Assembly: GCA_034428835.1 (NCBI GenBank)
Contig: DAOUHG010000265.1
Coordinates: 1,400 to 65,399 of the forward strand
Direction: 5' to 3'
Length of the DNA stretch: 64,000 bases
Source: Dehalococcoidia bacterium
Lineage (GTDB): Bacteria; Chloroflexota; Dehalococcoidia; Lucifugimonadales; UBA1123
Below, in pieces: positions 28,444-37,638 of the stretch. A program made the translations under genes and the position numbers. Below the pieces are notes generated by a model. It ran no database searches and had not been told where the DNA came from. It saw nothing but the letters and a program-made list of their open reading frames with translations. Numbering within the stretch: the stretch's first letter is position 1; each line of letters begins with the position of its first letter.

Positions 28444-28481
28444 GAAGCCGCTGGACGAACGTCCAGCGGCTTCTTGGTTTT
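28444..28481 (+). terminator. Rho-independent terminator (possibly bidirectional with smpB)
   Basis: GAAGCCGCTGGAC-gaac-GTCCAGCGGCTTC (13-bp stem) followed by TTGGTTTT. Confidence 0.8.
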
Positions 28482-28552
28482 CCCCTATGAGCTCCCCAAC
28501 TGCAACTGCGTGAAGCCCCGCGGCCCCATAGTGGTCGGACGGACTCGGGGCG

Positions 28553-29035
28553 TTACTGTCGTCCTATTGCAGCCCTCGCCTCGCGCTCACGTTCGCGTTC
28601 GATGAGCGCCCGTCGCTTGTCGAACCGCTTCTTCCCACGCGCCAGCGCCAGCTCGACTTTGGCCACGTGGTTCCTGATGTACAGTCTCAGAGGGATGAGT
28701 GTGAGTCCCTTCTGATCGATCTGGCTACTTAAGTCTTCAATCTGAGCCCGATGGAGCAGTAGCTTGCGAGGCCGTTTCGGATCGTGGTTGTTGTGACTCG
28801 CCGGAGCATACTCATCGATATGGAGGTTGTGCAGCCACATCTGGCCATCCACGGAACGGGCGTAGGAATCGCTGAGACTCACTTTATGCCCCCGGATGGA
28901 CTTGATCTCGGCGCCCTTTAGTACCAGTCCAGCCTCGACTGTGTCCAAGATTTCATAGTCGAACCGCGCCCTACGATTGACCGTCACAGTTGACGACGAG
29001 CGACGCCCGTTATTCGTCGCGACGTTTCTCGCCAC
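28553..29035 (-). CDS. smpB: SsrA-binding protein
   Basis: 160 aa. Sequence NRRARFDYEILDTVEAGLVLKGAEIKSIR...KLLLHRAQI. Confidence 0.9.
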   Translation of the reverse strand: MARNVATNNGRRSSSTVTVNRRARFDYEILDTVEAGLVLKGAEIKSIRGHKVSLSDSYARSVDGQMWLHNLHIDEYAPASHNNHDPKRPRKLLLHRAQIEDLSSQIDQKGLTLIPLRLYIRNHVAKVELALARGKKRFDKRRALIEREREREARAAIGRQ

Positions 29036-29038
29036 AGT

Positions 29039-30367
29039 TCACGCTCCTCCTGTCGGCGACCCTGTGTCGACCAGGTTCTCTATTACCTCGACGGCCTTCT
29101 CCAGCTGGATAGTCTCTGCCCTTTGCCGATCCCTGGACGTGACTTCGTGATCAGGGTCAATGCCGTTGCCTTCGATGAGCCTGCCGTTGGGCGTGTACCA
29201 CTTCGCGAACGTCAGATAGAGTCCGCCTCCGTTTCCGAGGCGATACAGCCGGTTGACGCTTCCTTTTCCGAATGTCGTATCTCCGACTATCTCAGCTCGC
29301 TCATGGTCCTGCAGCGCTCCTACGACAATCTCAGATGCGCTTGCGCTGCCGCCATTGGCGAGCACCACTAGAGGGATATCCGCGAACTTCCCGGCACTTC
29401 GGGATCGATGGTCTGTGCGACGCCCCGCTCCATCAAGTTCGTACAGTATCAAGCCTTCGTCAATGAACATGCTGACAACTTCCACGACGCTTGACAATAG
29501 GCCCCCGGGGTTGTCTCGCACGTCGAGGATTAACCCTTCGACTCCATTCGCTTGCTGTTCTTCGACCGCTTTGGCGAGATCTTCGGGAGTGTCGCTGTAG
29601 AACGTCGTCAGACGGATGTGGGCGAATCTATCTTCTGGCCTATTCCGCACCAGTACGCTCTCAAGCTCAATTCGGTCGCGGCGCACAACCAGCTCAACCT
29701 CTTCCATCTGGCCAAGATGTCTTACGAGCAGCGTCACTTCAGATCCTCTTGGCCCTCGGATCTTGTTTACCGCTTCCAGCAGGCTGAGTCCTTCGATGCT
29801 TTCGCCATTTACTGCCAGGATCAGATCTCCGCTTCTTAGTCCGGCGGCCTCTGCAGGGCTTCCTTCCAACGGAGCCACGATATAGAGCTTGAGGTCTGCG
29901 TTCATCTGCACGTTGGCGCCGATTCCCTCGAAGGCCCCATAAAGATCCTCATTGTCGATTTGGAACGCCTCCGGTGGTACGTAGTTGGTATGGGCGTCTC
30001 CCAGAGCCGCGATGATTCCTCTGATTGCCCCTTCGTCAAACTCTTCAGTGTCGAAGTTATCTCTATCGACGTGCTGCCCACTAATCAGAGACCAGACCTC
30101 CCAGGCGGTGGCTAGGTCCTCCGGGACGGCGTCGGGAATGTCTATCGGAACTGCGGGCAGGGCAGTGGGGAGGGCCATCGGATCGAACGGGACCACCGTT
30201 TCCGAGGCGGCCGGTTCCTCAGAAGCTGCCGGCGGGGCTGCGGTCGGCGCTGGATCGGACGTGCACGCTCCCAACATCACTGTAAGCAGGGCGAGCAGGG
30301 CGAGCGTCCCGAGTGACGCGGCGTATCGTACAGGCAGGTTGCGGTTGCGAGTTCGTTTGGTAAGCAT
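29039..30367 (-). CDS. ctpA: S41-family C-terminal processing peptidase with PDZ domain and N-terminal membrane/lipoprotein-like signal
   Basis: 442 aa. Motifs LLALLTVMLGAC, GLRSGDLILAVNG (PDZ), NGGSASASEI and TFGKGSV. Confidence 0.85.
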   Translation of the reverse strand: MLTKRTRNRNLPVRYAASLGTLALLALLTVMLGACTSDPAPTAAPPAASEEPAASETVVPFDPMALPTALPAVPIDIPDAVPEDLATAWEVWSLISGQHVDRDNFDTEEFDEGAIRGIIAALGDAHTNYVPPEAFQIDNEDLYGAFEGIGANVQMNADLKLYIVAPLEGSPAEAAGLRSGDLILAVNGESIEGLSLLEAVNKIRGPRGSEVTLLVRHLGQMEEVELVVRRDRIELESVLVRNRPEDRFAHIRLTTFYSDTPEDLAKAVEEQQANGVEGLILDVRDNPGGLLSSVVEVVSMFIDEGLILYELDGAGRRTDHRSRSAGKFADIPLVVLANGGSASASEIVVGALQDHERAEIVGDTTFGKGSVNRLYRLGNGGGLYLTFAKWYTPNGRLIEGNGIDPDHEVTSRDRQRAETIQLEKAVEVIENLVDTGSPTGGA

Positions 30368-30699
30368 GTTCTTATTCTATCACCTGACGTTGCTGCTTGG
30401 TCTTGTCGGCTTTTCTCGCTACTGACCTTCGGGAATCATGCCAACAAAGTCGGCGTCGAGTATAAACTCCTCTTCGCGACGGCTTTGGTCCAGATGCATC
30501 CGACACTATAAAGGCATTCGTTGACTTCATGGCACGTGCTGATCGCATCTACCATCGTATATACTTACGATCCGGGACCCAGTTTCGGACTGTGCTGAGG
30601 CGTCCGCAATCCCGTCGCTTAACTCGGGCCTTGTGCCCGGCCTGTTTTCAGAATGGCCTGAAACCGTGTTCCAACGTGTTGTCGGCCACCCCAATATCC

Positions 30700-30754
30700 G
30701 CTAAGCTTAATCTGCTAAGCTTATTGAAATGTTGTCGAATCTAAGTGAATCTAA
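30700..30754 (+). repeat. Two pairs of short tandem direct repeats upstream of the 30820 gene
   Basis: GCTAAGCTTA at 30700-30709 and 30714-30723. GAATCTAA at 30737-30744 and 30747-30754. TTTTCAGAA also occurs twice (around 30646 and 30765). Confidence 0.5.
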
Positions 30755-30819
30755 ACCTGCATCGTTTTCAGAAATAGCCCTATGCGCTTTTTCAATGGCA
30801 TTTTGCGAAGAGGCTGAAA

Positions 30820-31842
30820 TTGGCCAGACGCACCAGACTTACCAGACCATATCCAGTGAATACGCTCGAAGAGGTTATACCTATTTCGGAGACTATCCAG
30901 GAAGTAAACGGTGGGCAGCCTGTTCCCACAGATCTGCTAGCAGACGCTCTTGGGACCACGCCCAGGAGCAGTGCTTTTGTGCAGAAGCTTGGATCGTCGT
31001 CGAGGTATGGGCTGACGGTAGGATCCCATACGTCAGAGCAGATCGAGTTGACCGATCGAGGGGAGTCTCTGACTGCTCCGCGCAACTCCAATGAGAGGGT
31101 GACCGCGCTCTGGAACGCTGCAATGGAGCCAGAAACCTTTCGCAGTTTCTACGAAATCCACTCGGGTAAGCAACTTCCAGAGGTCACGTACGCATCCAAC
31201 ACGCTGGTCCGCGAGCTGGGGGTTCGCCAAGAGTTGACCGAAGAGTGTCTCCGTATCATCAGGCTGAATGGACTGTTCGCCGGGATTGTTTCAGACCAGT
31301 CAGGTTCACTCGTCGTCGACAATCTTGGCACGCTAGAAAGCGAAGATCAGCCGGCCGACGTCCCTTTGGCATCGCCATTTGATAGCGTTGAGGAAAGCGA
31401 TATCGCGCTAGGCGAAAAGCGATTCGTCCTAGTTCTGGCAATGGCCGGAGACACGGCAGCTGACGAGATTGTGCATCTAATGGGCGCTCTCTCAATACCT
31501 GCAAAGGTCAACGAGATCGATGTGCATGTGTCGACGGGGGTCAGCCTGGCGAAATCAGCGGCTCTCCGGTCGGCACGCGGATGCGTGGTTGTCTGGCCCA
31601 AGACGAATCAATCGGACGACGCACGACTCTTGCAGACAAGGACATGGCTAGCAATCGGCGCGGCTTCTTACCAACTTGGAGACCGGGTTGTTATTGTTGC
31701 CGACGGCGAAGACCAAGAGGATATGGCTATGGCCGAAGCCCTCGAATTAACAGTTGTCGACCCTCAGGCAGCTGGCGGCGTTTTTGCCTCCGTGATTTCG
31801 GCTCTGGTCAGCAAGTCGATCGTACAGGTGTCAGTCGCGTAG
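30820..31842 (+). CDS. Hypothetical two-part protein: N-terminal winged-helix-like repeats and a C-terminal Rossmann/TIR-like (flavodoxin-like) domain
   Basis: TTG start 6 nt after AGAGG. The C-terminal pattern KRFVLVLAMAGD...CVVVWPKTNQSDD...WLAIGAASYQLGDRVVIVADGE resembles predicted TIR-like nucleotide-binding domains, but that is a by-eye impression only. Confidence 0.5.
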   Translation: MARRTRLTRPYPVNTLEEVIPISETIQEVNGGQPVPTDLLADALGTTPRSSAFVQKLGSSSRYGLTVGSHTSEQIELTDRGESLTAPRNSNERVTALWNAAMEPETFRSFYEIHSGKQLPEVTYASNTLVRELGVRQELTEECLRIIRLNGLFAGIVSDQSGSLVVDNLGTLESEDQPADVPLASPFDSVEESDIALGEKRFVLVLAMAGDTAADEIVHLMGALSIPAKVNEIDVHVSTGVSLAKSAALRSARGCVVVWPKTNQSDDARLLQTRTWLAIGAASYQLGDRVVIVADGEDQEDMAMAEALELTVVDPQAAGGVFASVISALVSKSIVQVSVA

Positions 31843-32020
31843 GATTCGACGATGGTTCGTTGTGACTTTGTTATGTCAAGTTATCTGCCGAAGCAGACAG
31901 AATCCGCACTCTTACTTTACATAACATTTATAGTGCGAACCAACCACCGCGAGAGTCCAGCCCCCTGCCCTCAGGTTCGGACATAGGTCACGAAGGACGT
32001 TGTAAGAGATTAGAGTCTCG

Positions 32021-33142
32021 CTAGGCGACGACAGGCACCGCGTTGGCGTCCGCGGACGTTAACATCACATCGGCCCTCTCAAGCAGGAAGTCGACGCCTT
32101 CCCCAGTGAGCGCCGATACCCGGACCCAGTCCGCAGCCCCTGAGGACATCGTCTTCAGATAGTCGACGGAATGTCCCACCCACCGAGATTCAGACTCAGA
32201 GTTAAGGTCTGACTTGTTCAGGGCTGCAATGACCGGGATGTCGTTGAGCCCAAGATCTTCCAGGATGGACTCTACAACGCTTACCTGCTCAGGTGCATTG
32301 CGGTGGGTGGAGTCGACGACGTGCAGGATGAGCGACGACTCTTCGATCTCCTCCAAAGTCGCTCTAAACGCGGCGACCAAGGAGGTTGGAAGCTTATGGA
32401 TGAAGCCTACTGTGTCGGTCAGCAGTGCAGGCCGTCCCGAAGGCAGCTGTATCCGGCGCGTTACGGGGTCCAGAGTGGAGAACATCAGGTTCTCGGCCCT
32501 GACCTTGGCGTGAGTGATCCTGTTCAAGAGAGTGCTCTTGCCGGCGTTGGTATATCCGACCAAAGACAGGACCGGAATCTGGTTGGCAGCGCGTTTCGAC
32601 CTGTGCTGCTTTCGGTGCCGCCTGACGCCCTGTATTTCGGACTTGAGCTTCTGAAGCCTGCCGCGAACGAGCCTCCGGTCGGTCTCTATCTGCGTCTCTC
32701 CTGGTCCACGAGTTCCTATGCCGCCTCCGAGCCGTTCCAAGTGAGTCCATTGGCCAGCGAGACGTGGCAGCAGATACTCGTGCTGCGCGAGTTCAACCTG
32801 AAGTCGTCCCTCCCGTGTCCTAGCCCTTGAGGCAAACACGTCGAGAATCAGTGCTGTCCGATCGAGAACTTTGCGCCCTCCGAGTTGGTCCTCCAAGTTG
32901 CGCTGCTGAGTTGGCGTCAACTCGTCGTCGCAGATGACCGTGTCGACTTCGAGGCGTCGACAGGTCTCGTCGAGCTCGCTGAGTTTTCCTTTACCCAGAT
33001 ACGTGTTGGACGGTCTATCCAAGCGCTGAGCTACACGTCCGACTTCCGTTGCCCCAGCCGTCCGCGCCAACTCCGCCAGCTCGTCCAGCGAGTCCTGCGG
33101 GTCCAGGAGAGGTATCTTCCGCTTGAGGGTTACGCCTACCAA
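32021..33142 (-). CDS. hflX: GTPase HflX
   Basis: Motifs GYTNAGKSTLLN, DTVGF and NKSD. The frame stays open upstream of TTG 33142, and the conserved-looking RERALLVGV needs an ATC start at 33190 (AGGAGG 6 nt upstream). Confidence 0.85.
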   Translation of the reverse strand: MVGVTLKRKIPLLDPQDSLDELAELARTAGATEVGRVAQRLDRPSNTYLGKGKLSELDETCRRLEVDTVICDDELTPTQQRNLEDQLGGRKVLDRTALILDVFASRARTREGRLQVELAQHEYLLPRLAGQWTHLERLGGGIGTRGPGETQIETDRRLVRGRLQKLKSEIQGVRRHRKQHRSKRAANQIPVLSLVGYTNAGKSTLLNRITHAKVRAENLMFSTLDPVTRRIQLPSGRPALLTDTVGFIHKLPTSLVAAFRATLEEIEESSLILHVVDSTHRNAPEQVSVVESILEDLGLNDIPVIAALNKSDLNSESESRWVGHSVDYLKTMSSGAADWVRVSALTGEGVDFLLERADVMLTSADANAVPVVA

Positions 33143-33216
33143 GAGCGCCCTCTCGCGACGTGGCCGTGTGGTCTTGAGTTTCTTAGCGATGCTCTTCCTC
33201 CTGAATGCCCTGCATT

Positions 33217-34386
33217 CTACGTAGTAGAGCCTCTCCAGGTTGCGAGCCGCTTGAGGCCTTCCTCCATCTGGTCGTCAGGTATGGTGAGGGAGAACCTGAT
33301 GTATCCCTCTCCAAAGGAGCCATATCCGGCTCCAGGCGTGACAACGATATCGCACTGGTCAAGCAACTGCTCGGCGAAGTCGCCGCTGGAAGACCCGTCC
33401 GGGACACGCGCCCAGACATACAGGCTCGCCTTCGGCGGATCGAATTCCAGACCTATTTCGGAAAGCACTTCAAGAACCCTGTCCCGGCGGCGCTGGTACA
33501 CAGCATTGCGTTCGTCAATCCATTCGTCGGTAGTATTGAGCGCTTCGATGCCCATGTACTGAATCGCCTGGGGCACACCCGAATCTAGATTGGATTTGAC
33601 GATCAGCAGCGCATTGATCATGGCAGCATTGCCCACAGCCATTCCCAATCGCCAGCCAGTCATGTTGTATGTCTTGGACAGAGAGTGAAACTCCATCCCA
33701 ACATCCATCGCACCTTCAGCCTGCAAGAATGAAGGGTGCCTGTATCCGTCGAAGGTCACATCGGTATAGCACGCGTCATGCAACACTGCTATGTCGTAGG
33801 ACTTAGCGAATTCGACTACTCTATTGAAATAGCCAAGGTCCGCCACAGCTCCGGTCGGGTTGTTCGGGTAATTCAGCCACATAACCTTGGCACGTTTGGC
33901 GACGTCTTCTGGTATTGCCTCCAGATCAGGGAGCCATCCGTTCTCCTCTTTCAGACCCAGCCAGTGACATTCTCCACCTGCGAACCAGGTTCCGACCGAA
34001 TAGACCGGGTACCCTGGGTCCGGCACAAGTGCGATGTCACCAGGCTCAATGAAGCACAGCGCCGCATGTCCGATTCCTTCCTTCGCCCCTATCAGGGAGA
34101 TTACCTCTGAGTCTGGATCCAGGGAGATGCCGAACCGGCGCTGGTACCAATTCGCGGTCGCCTTCCTGAACTCGGGAAGGCCATCGGACTCGGGGTACCG
34201 ATGATTGGGAAGGTCCTCGGCCGTAGTACGTAGGACATCAACGACCCGAGACGGCGTTTCAAGATCCGGATCTCCGATCCCGAAGGAAATAACCTCTATT
34301 CCCTCTTGACGTTTCTGGGCAATCTTCCTGCTGATCTCCACGAACAGGTACGGAGGGATCTTTTCTACACGACTCGCAAATCTCAT
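33217..34386 (-). CDS. dapL: LL-diaminopimelate aminotransferase-like class I aminotransferase
   Basis: 389 aa. Sequences KIPPYLFVEISRKI...ISFGIGDPDLETP and SLSKTYNMTGWRLG (PLP Lys). dapF is the neighbouring gene. Confidence 0.7.
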   Translation of the reverse strand: MRFASRVEKIPPYLFVEISRKIAQKRQEGIEVISFGIGDPDLETPSRVVDVLRTTAEDLPNHRYPESDGLPEFRKATANWYQRRFGISLDPDSEVISLIGAKEGIGHAALCFIEPGDIALVPDPGYPVYSVGTWFAGGECHWLGLKEENGWLPDLEAIPEDVAKRAKVMWLNYPNNPTGAVADLGYFNRVVEFAKSYDIAVLHDACYTDVTFDGYRHPSFLQAEGAMDVGMEFHSLSKTYNMTGWRLGMAVGNAAMINALLIVKSNLDSGVPQAIQYMGIEALNTTDEWIDERNAVYQRRRDRVLEVLSEIGLEFDPPKASLYVWARVPDGSSSGDFAEQLLDQCDIVVTPGAGYGSFGEGYIRFSLTIPDDQMEEGLKRLATWRGSTT

Positions 34387-34813
34387 TTCTGCTCCTGCGC
34401 TAGCGTGACTGGTCGATACATGTTAAGCCAACCGCGACTGAGGGTAAAGGAACAATTAAGGTATCAGCGCATTTTGGGAAGGGTCAAATACCGACCCGAC
34501 CCGCCGAAGTCAAATTGCTAGTGCGCAGTTGATGCAGGACAAGTTCAAGAAGGACGCGAACCTGTTCGTGCACTAAGCCAAGCGACATATGGGGGTGCTA
34601 TCCAAAACAATAATACGACAACAATATGTCAACCTTTCAACGTACTATGGGCGCAAAACCGGGTGCAAGCTGCAGATGGGTCAACTTTAAGCGAAGTCGG
34701 CGTTAGTTCCTGATTTCATCAGCCCGGCACTCACTAAACCACAGCAAAATTGCACAGATAGTGACCGCAAAACACCTTTACCTAACTACAACGGCAATAA
34801 CGCTCATGCAGCA

Positions 34814-35671
34814 CTATTCAGTCCAATCCCCTTCAAAAACGCGCGAGACTGGCCCCTCCAGTGTCACATTTCCCTGGCCCGACCAGATGACAGTCAGCTC
34901 GCCCCCAGGCAGCTCGACAAGAACTTCGTCGTCGACTAGACCGTGCAGCCGAGATGCCACAACCGCCGCACATGCCCCGGTCCCACACGCTAGGGTAATA
35001 CCTGACCCTCGCTCCCACACACGCACTCTGATGCGGCCTCTGTCAACAACGTTGACGATCTCGAAGTTCACACCTTCAGGAAACATTGGATTTCGCTCCA
35101 CCAGCGGCCCTATCTCAGTCAGTGGAAAGCCTTCCACACAATCCTGAAGAAACATAACAGAGTGAGGATTTCCCATTGAAACGCAGCTGAGCAACAGATC
35201 GTGGCCAGCTACAGTTAGTGTATGGTCTAGAACTTCTCCTTGTTCACCGGCGACGTCAACGGGAATCTCCTGAGCGTTCAACCTTGGACTTCCCATGCTC
35301 ACTGACGCGCGCGCCATCAGGCCATCTGACCAGATAGGTCGGACATTTAGCACACCCGACGCCGTCTCGATATCGAACGCGGTATTACCGGATGGCAGGG
35401 CTTTAACATCTAAACCGAAACGCACAAGACAACGGATTCCGTTACCACACATCGATCCTTCGGAGCCGTCAGCATTGAACATCTGCATTCTGGCGTCCGC
35501 TATTTCCGACGAACGGAGCAGGATTAGACCGTCAGACCCGACACCAAAGTGACGGTCGCTCACACGGCGTGCAACCTCAGGCCAGTTTCGATCTTGGCCG
35601 TGCGCCTCCAGGTCGCGGGCATCCATATAGATGTAGTCGTTACCTGCCCCATGGAACTTGACGAATTTCAT
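34814..35671 (-). CDS. dapF: Diaminopimelate epimerase
   Basis: ATG 35671 gives MKFVKFHGAGNDYIYMD. Catalytic Cys motifs MCGNG and ACGTGA. The track extension to 35869 overlaps miaA and is rejected. Confidence 0.85.
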   Translation of the reverse strand: MKFVKFHGAGNDYIYMDARDLEAHGQDRNWPEVARRVSDRHFGVGSDGLILLRSSEIADARMQMFNADGSEGSMCGNGIRCLVRFGLDVKALPSGNTAFDIETASGVLNVRPIWSDGLMARASVSMGSPRLNAQEIPVDVAGEQGEVLDHTLTVAGHDLLLSCVSMGNPHSVMFLQDCVEGFPLTEIGPLVERNPMFPEGVNFEIVNVVDRGRIRVRVWERGSGITLACGTGACAAVVASRLHGLVDDEVLVELPGGELTVIWSGQGNVTLEGPVSRVFEGDWTE

Positions 35672-35711
35672 AAGGCTCCCCTGTTTTTGAATGTATAAAG
35701 CAGCGTTTATA

Positions 35712-36734
35712 TTAGAATTTTGACGACTCGATCCAAGACAGAGCGTATTCAACCGCCGCGTCAGTATCGCACATTTCGAACCAGTTGATCCTCGTGTCAG
35801 AGGCCCTGAACCAGTTGAACTGCTGGCGGATGTAGCGATGGGTTCGATACTTTGCCCTCTGTACGACATCTTTCAAATCAGCACCGTTTAGCAGGTGATC
35901 AACCAGTTCACTGTAGCCTATCCCACTCATCGCGGGCAATTCGGGAGCGTATCCTGCATCCAAGAGCCCTCCTACTTCAGCCAGGAATCCGTTGGTCATC
36001 ATTGCATCGAGCCGGAGGTCCGCCTTGGCGTACAGCTGCGTCCGGTCGGCGCTAAGGCCAATCACTATCGAGTCGAAGTTGGGTGCTACCTTATTCGGAT
36101 GAGCTCCCCAGGGATGACCAGCTAAGGCCCTTTCAATGGCCCTGATTATTCGACGTGGATTCTTCAGGTCGACTGCTTCAAGTGCCGCCGGGTCAACACT
36201 CCGAAGTTCCGCCACAAGTCGATCGACTCCGCTAGCCGCAAGATCGGCCTCAAGCCGGCAACGCAGATGAAAGTCCGGGGGCACAGGTGGAACTGTCCAT
36301 CCTTCAAGAAGTGCCTTAATATACTGGCCTGTGCCTCCAACCAGAAGCGACACGTTACCGCTTCGCTTTGCGTTTGGGATTGCTTGTTTTGCCGAATATA
36401 TATATTTCTGCAAACTGAATTCGTCACACGGATCGATTATGTCAACAAGATGATGCGTGACCGACGCACGCTCTTCAGGCGATGGTTTGGCGGTGCCGAT
36501 GTCCATGTAACGATACACCTGGCGACTGTCGGCACCTACAATTTCGACAGACACATGCTGCGCCAACTTCATCGCCAGATCGGTTTTTCCGACGGCGGTT
36601 GGCCCAACTATCGCAACTAGGCGGTCTCTGCTGTCAGACCGTTGAATCGGGGCGGCCGCGGCTAACGGCATGTCAGCACCTCCTCCATCCGAGCAGGCGG
36701 CACGAGTCGTGTCCTGAAGCATCGGCTCCAGCAT
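35712..36734 (-). CDS. miaA: tRNA dimethylallyltransferase
   Basis: P-loop IVGPTAVGKT and sequence ADSRQVYRYMDIGTAKP. The start could be ATG 36671. Confidence 0.85.
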   Translation of the reverse strand: MLEPMLQDTTRAACSDGGGADMPLAAAAPIQRSDSRDRLVAIVGPTAVGKTDLAMKLAQHVSVEIVGADSRQVYRYMDIGTAKPSPEERASVTHHLVDIIDPCDEFSLQKYIYSAKQAIPNAKRSGNVSLLVGGTGQYIKALLEGWTVPPVPPDFHLRCRLEADLAASGVDRLVAELRSVDPAALEAVDLKNPRRIIRAIERALAGHPWGAHPNKVAPNFDSIVIGLSADRTQLYAKADLRLDAMMTNGFLAEVGGLLDAGYAPELPAMSGIGYSELVDHLLNGADLKDVVQRAKYRTHRYIRQQFNWFRASDTRINWFEMCDTDAAVEYALSWIESSKF

Positions 36735-36821
36735 CTCAGACCCCTACCCTACACAGACCGATTCTCTGTCCATGAGGACAGAATTATGTATGGCAGCACA
36801 ACTAGGTCTCGGCGAAGCCGT

Positions 36822-37577
36822 CTACTGCTGGGCCTCAGTCGCGGCTTTCACTATGGCGGCGAAAGAATCCGCCTCCAGACTCGCCCCTCCTACAAGCGCC
36901 CCATCGATGTCCGGCTGTTCTAGGAATTCAGAGATGTTAGCTGAGTTTACACTCCCTCCGTACAGACAGGGCACCTCGTCCGCCACTGCTCCGTGGAGGT
37001 TTCGAAGTGTACTTCGAAGAGCGCCAGCCACCTCCTGTGCCGCCTGCGAAGTCGCAGCCTGTCCGGTGCCAATGGCCCAGACCGGCTCATATGCCACAAG
37101 AATGCTGGAGACGTCCGCAACATACGACAGACCTTCCGTTAGCTGTCCTGTGACGAATTCCTCAGTAGTTCCGCCGATTCGCACTTCGGCCGGCTCTCCT
37201 ACGCACAGAATCGGACGCAAGCCAGCTTTCACCACGGCGGCTACCTTCCGGCTAATGAAATCGTCCGTCTCGCCAAAGAGCGTTCTGCGCTCAGAGTGAC
37301 CGACTATGACGTACCTAGCGACTTCGCGAGCCATTTCAGCGGAGATTTCGCCCGTGAAGGCCCCATCGGTCGCCGAGTGGACATTCTGCGCCCCCACGGC
37401 GATCTGCGAATTCTCAAGCACTCTGCAGACCGTCGCGAGCGCAATGGACGGTGGGCAGACAACTACACTTGATCCTGCATGGTCAGCCAATCTATCCCTG
37501 ACATCGGCCGCCAGAAGCTCAGCCTCTGTCGGCGTCTTGTTCATTTTCCAGTTTCCAACAATTGTCGCTCTACGCAT
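36822..37577 (-). CDS. tpiA: Triosephosphate isomerase
   Basis: Motifs GNWKMN, VGHSERR and AYEPVWAIGTG. Confidence 0.9.
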   Translation of the reverse strand: MRRATIVGNWKMNKTPTEAELLAADVRDRLADHAGSSVVVCPPSIALATVCRVLENSQIAVGAQNVHSATDGAFTGEISAEMAREVARYVIVGHSERRTLFGETDDFISRKVAAVVKAGLRPILCVGEPAEVRIGGTTEEFVTGQLTEGLSYVADVSSILVAYEPVWAIGTGQAATSQAAQEVAGALRSTLRNLHGAVADEVPCLYGGSVNSANISEFLEQPDIDGALVGGASLEADSFAAIVKAATEAQQ

Positions 37578-37638
37578 GTTCTGTGTTCACTATCCAATCT
37601 CTATGGAGTCTTGCTTCTTTGCGCGAACGTTCTCACTT

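Noticed and set aside
30368-30819. tmRNA (ssrA) in the long non-coding region near smpB
   Set aside because: Neither strand has a GGGG... acceptor 5' end, a GGTTCGA-type T-arm, a ...CCA 3' end or a plausible ...LAA tag reading frame.
34500-34600. Small ORFs in the dapF-dapL spacer (14 aa on the plus strand, 33 aa on the minus strand)
   Set aside because: Neither has an SD, they are antisense to each other, and they have no recognisable features. They are not reported as genes.
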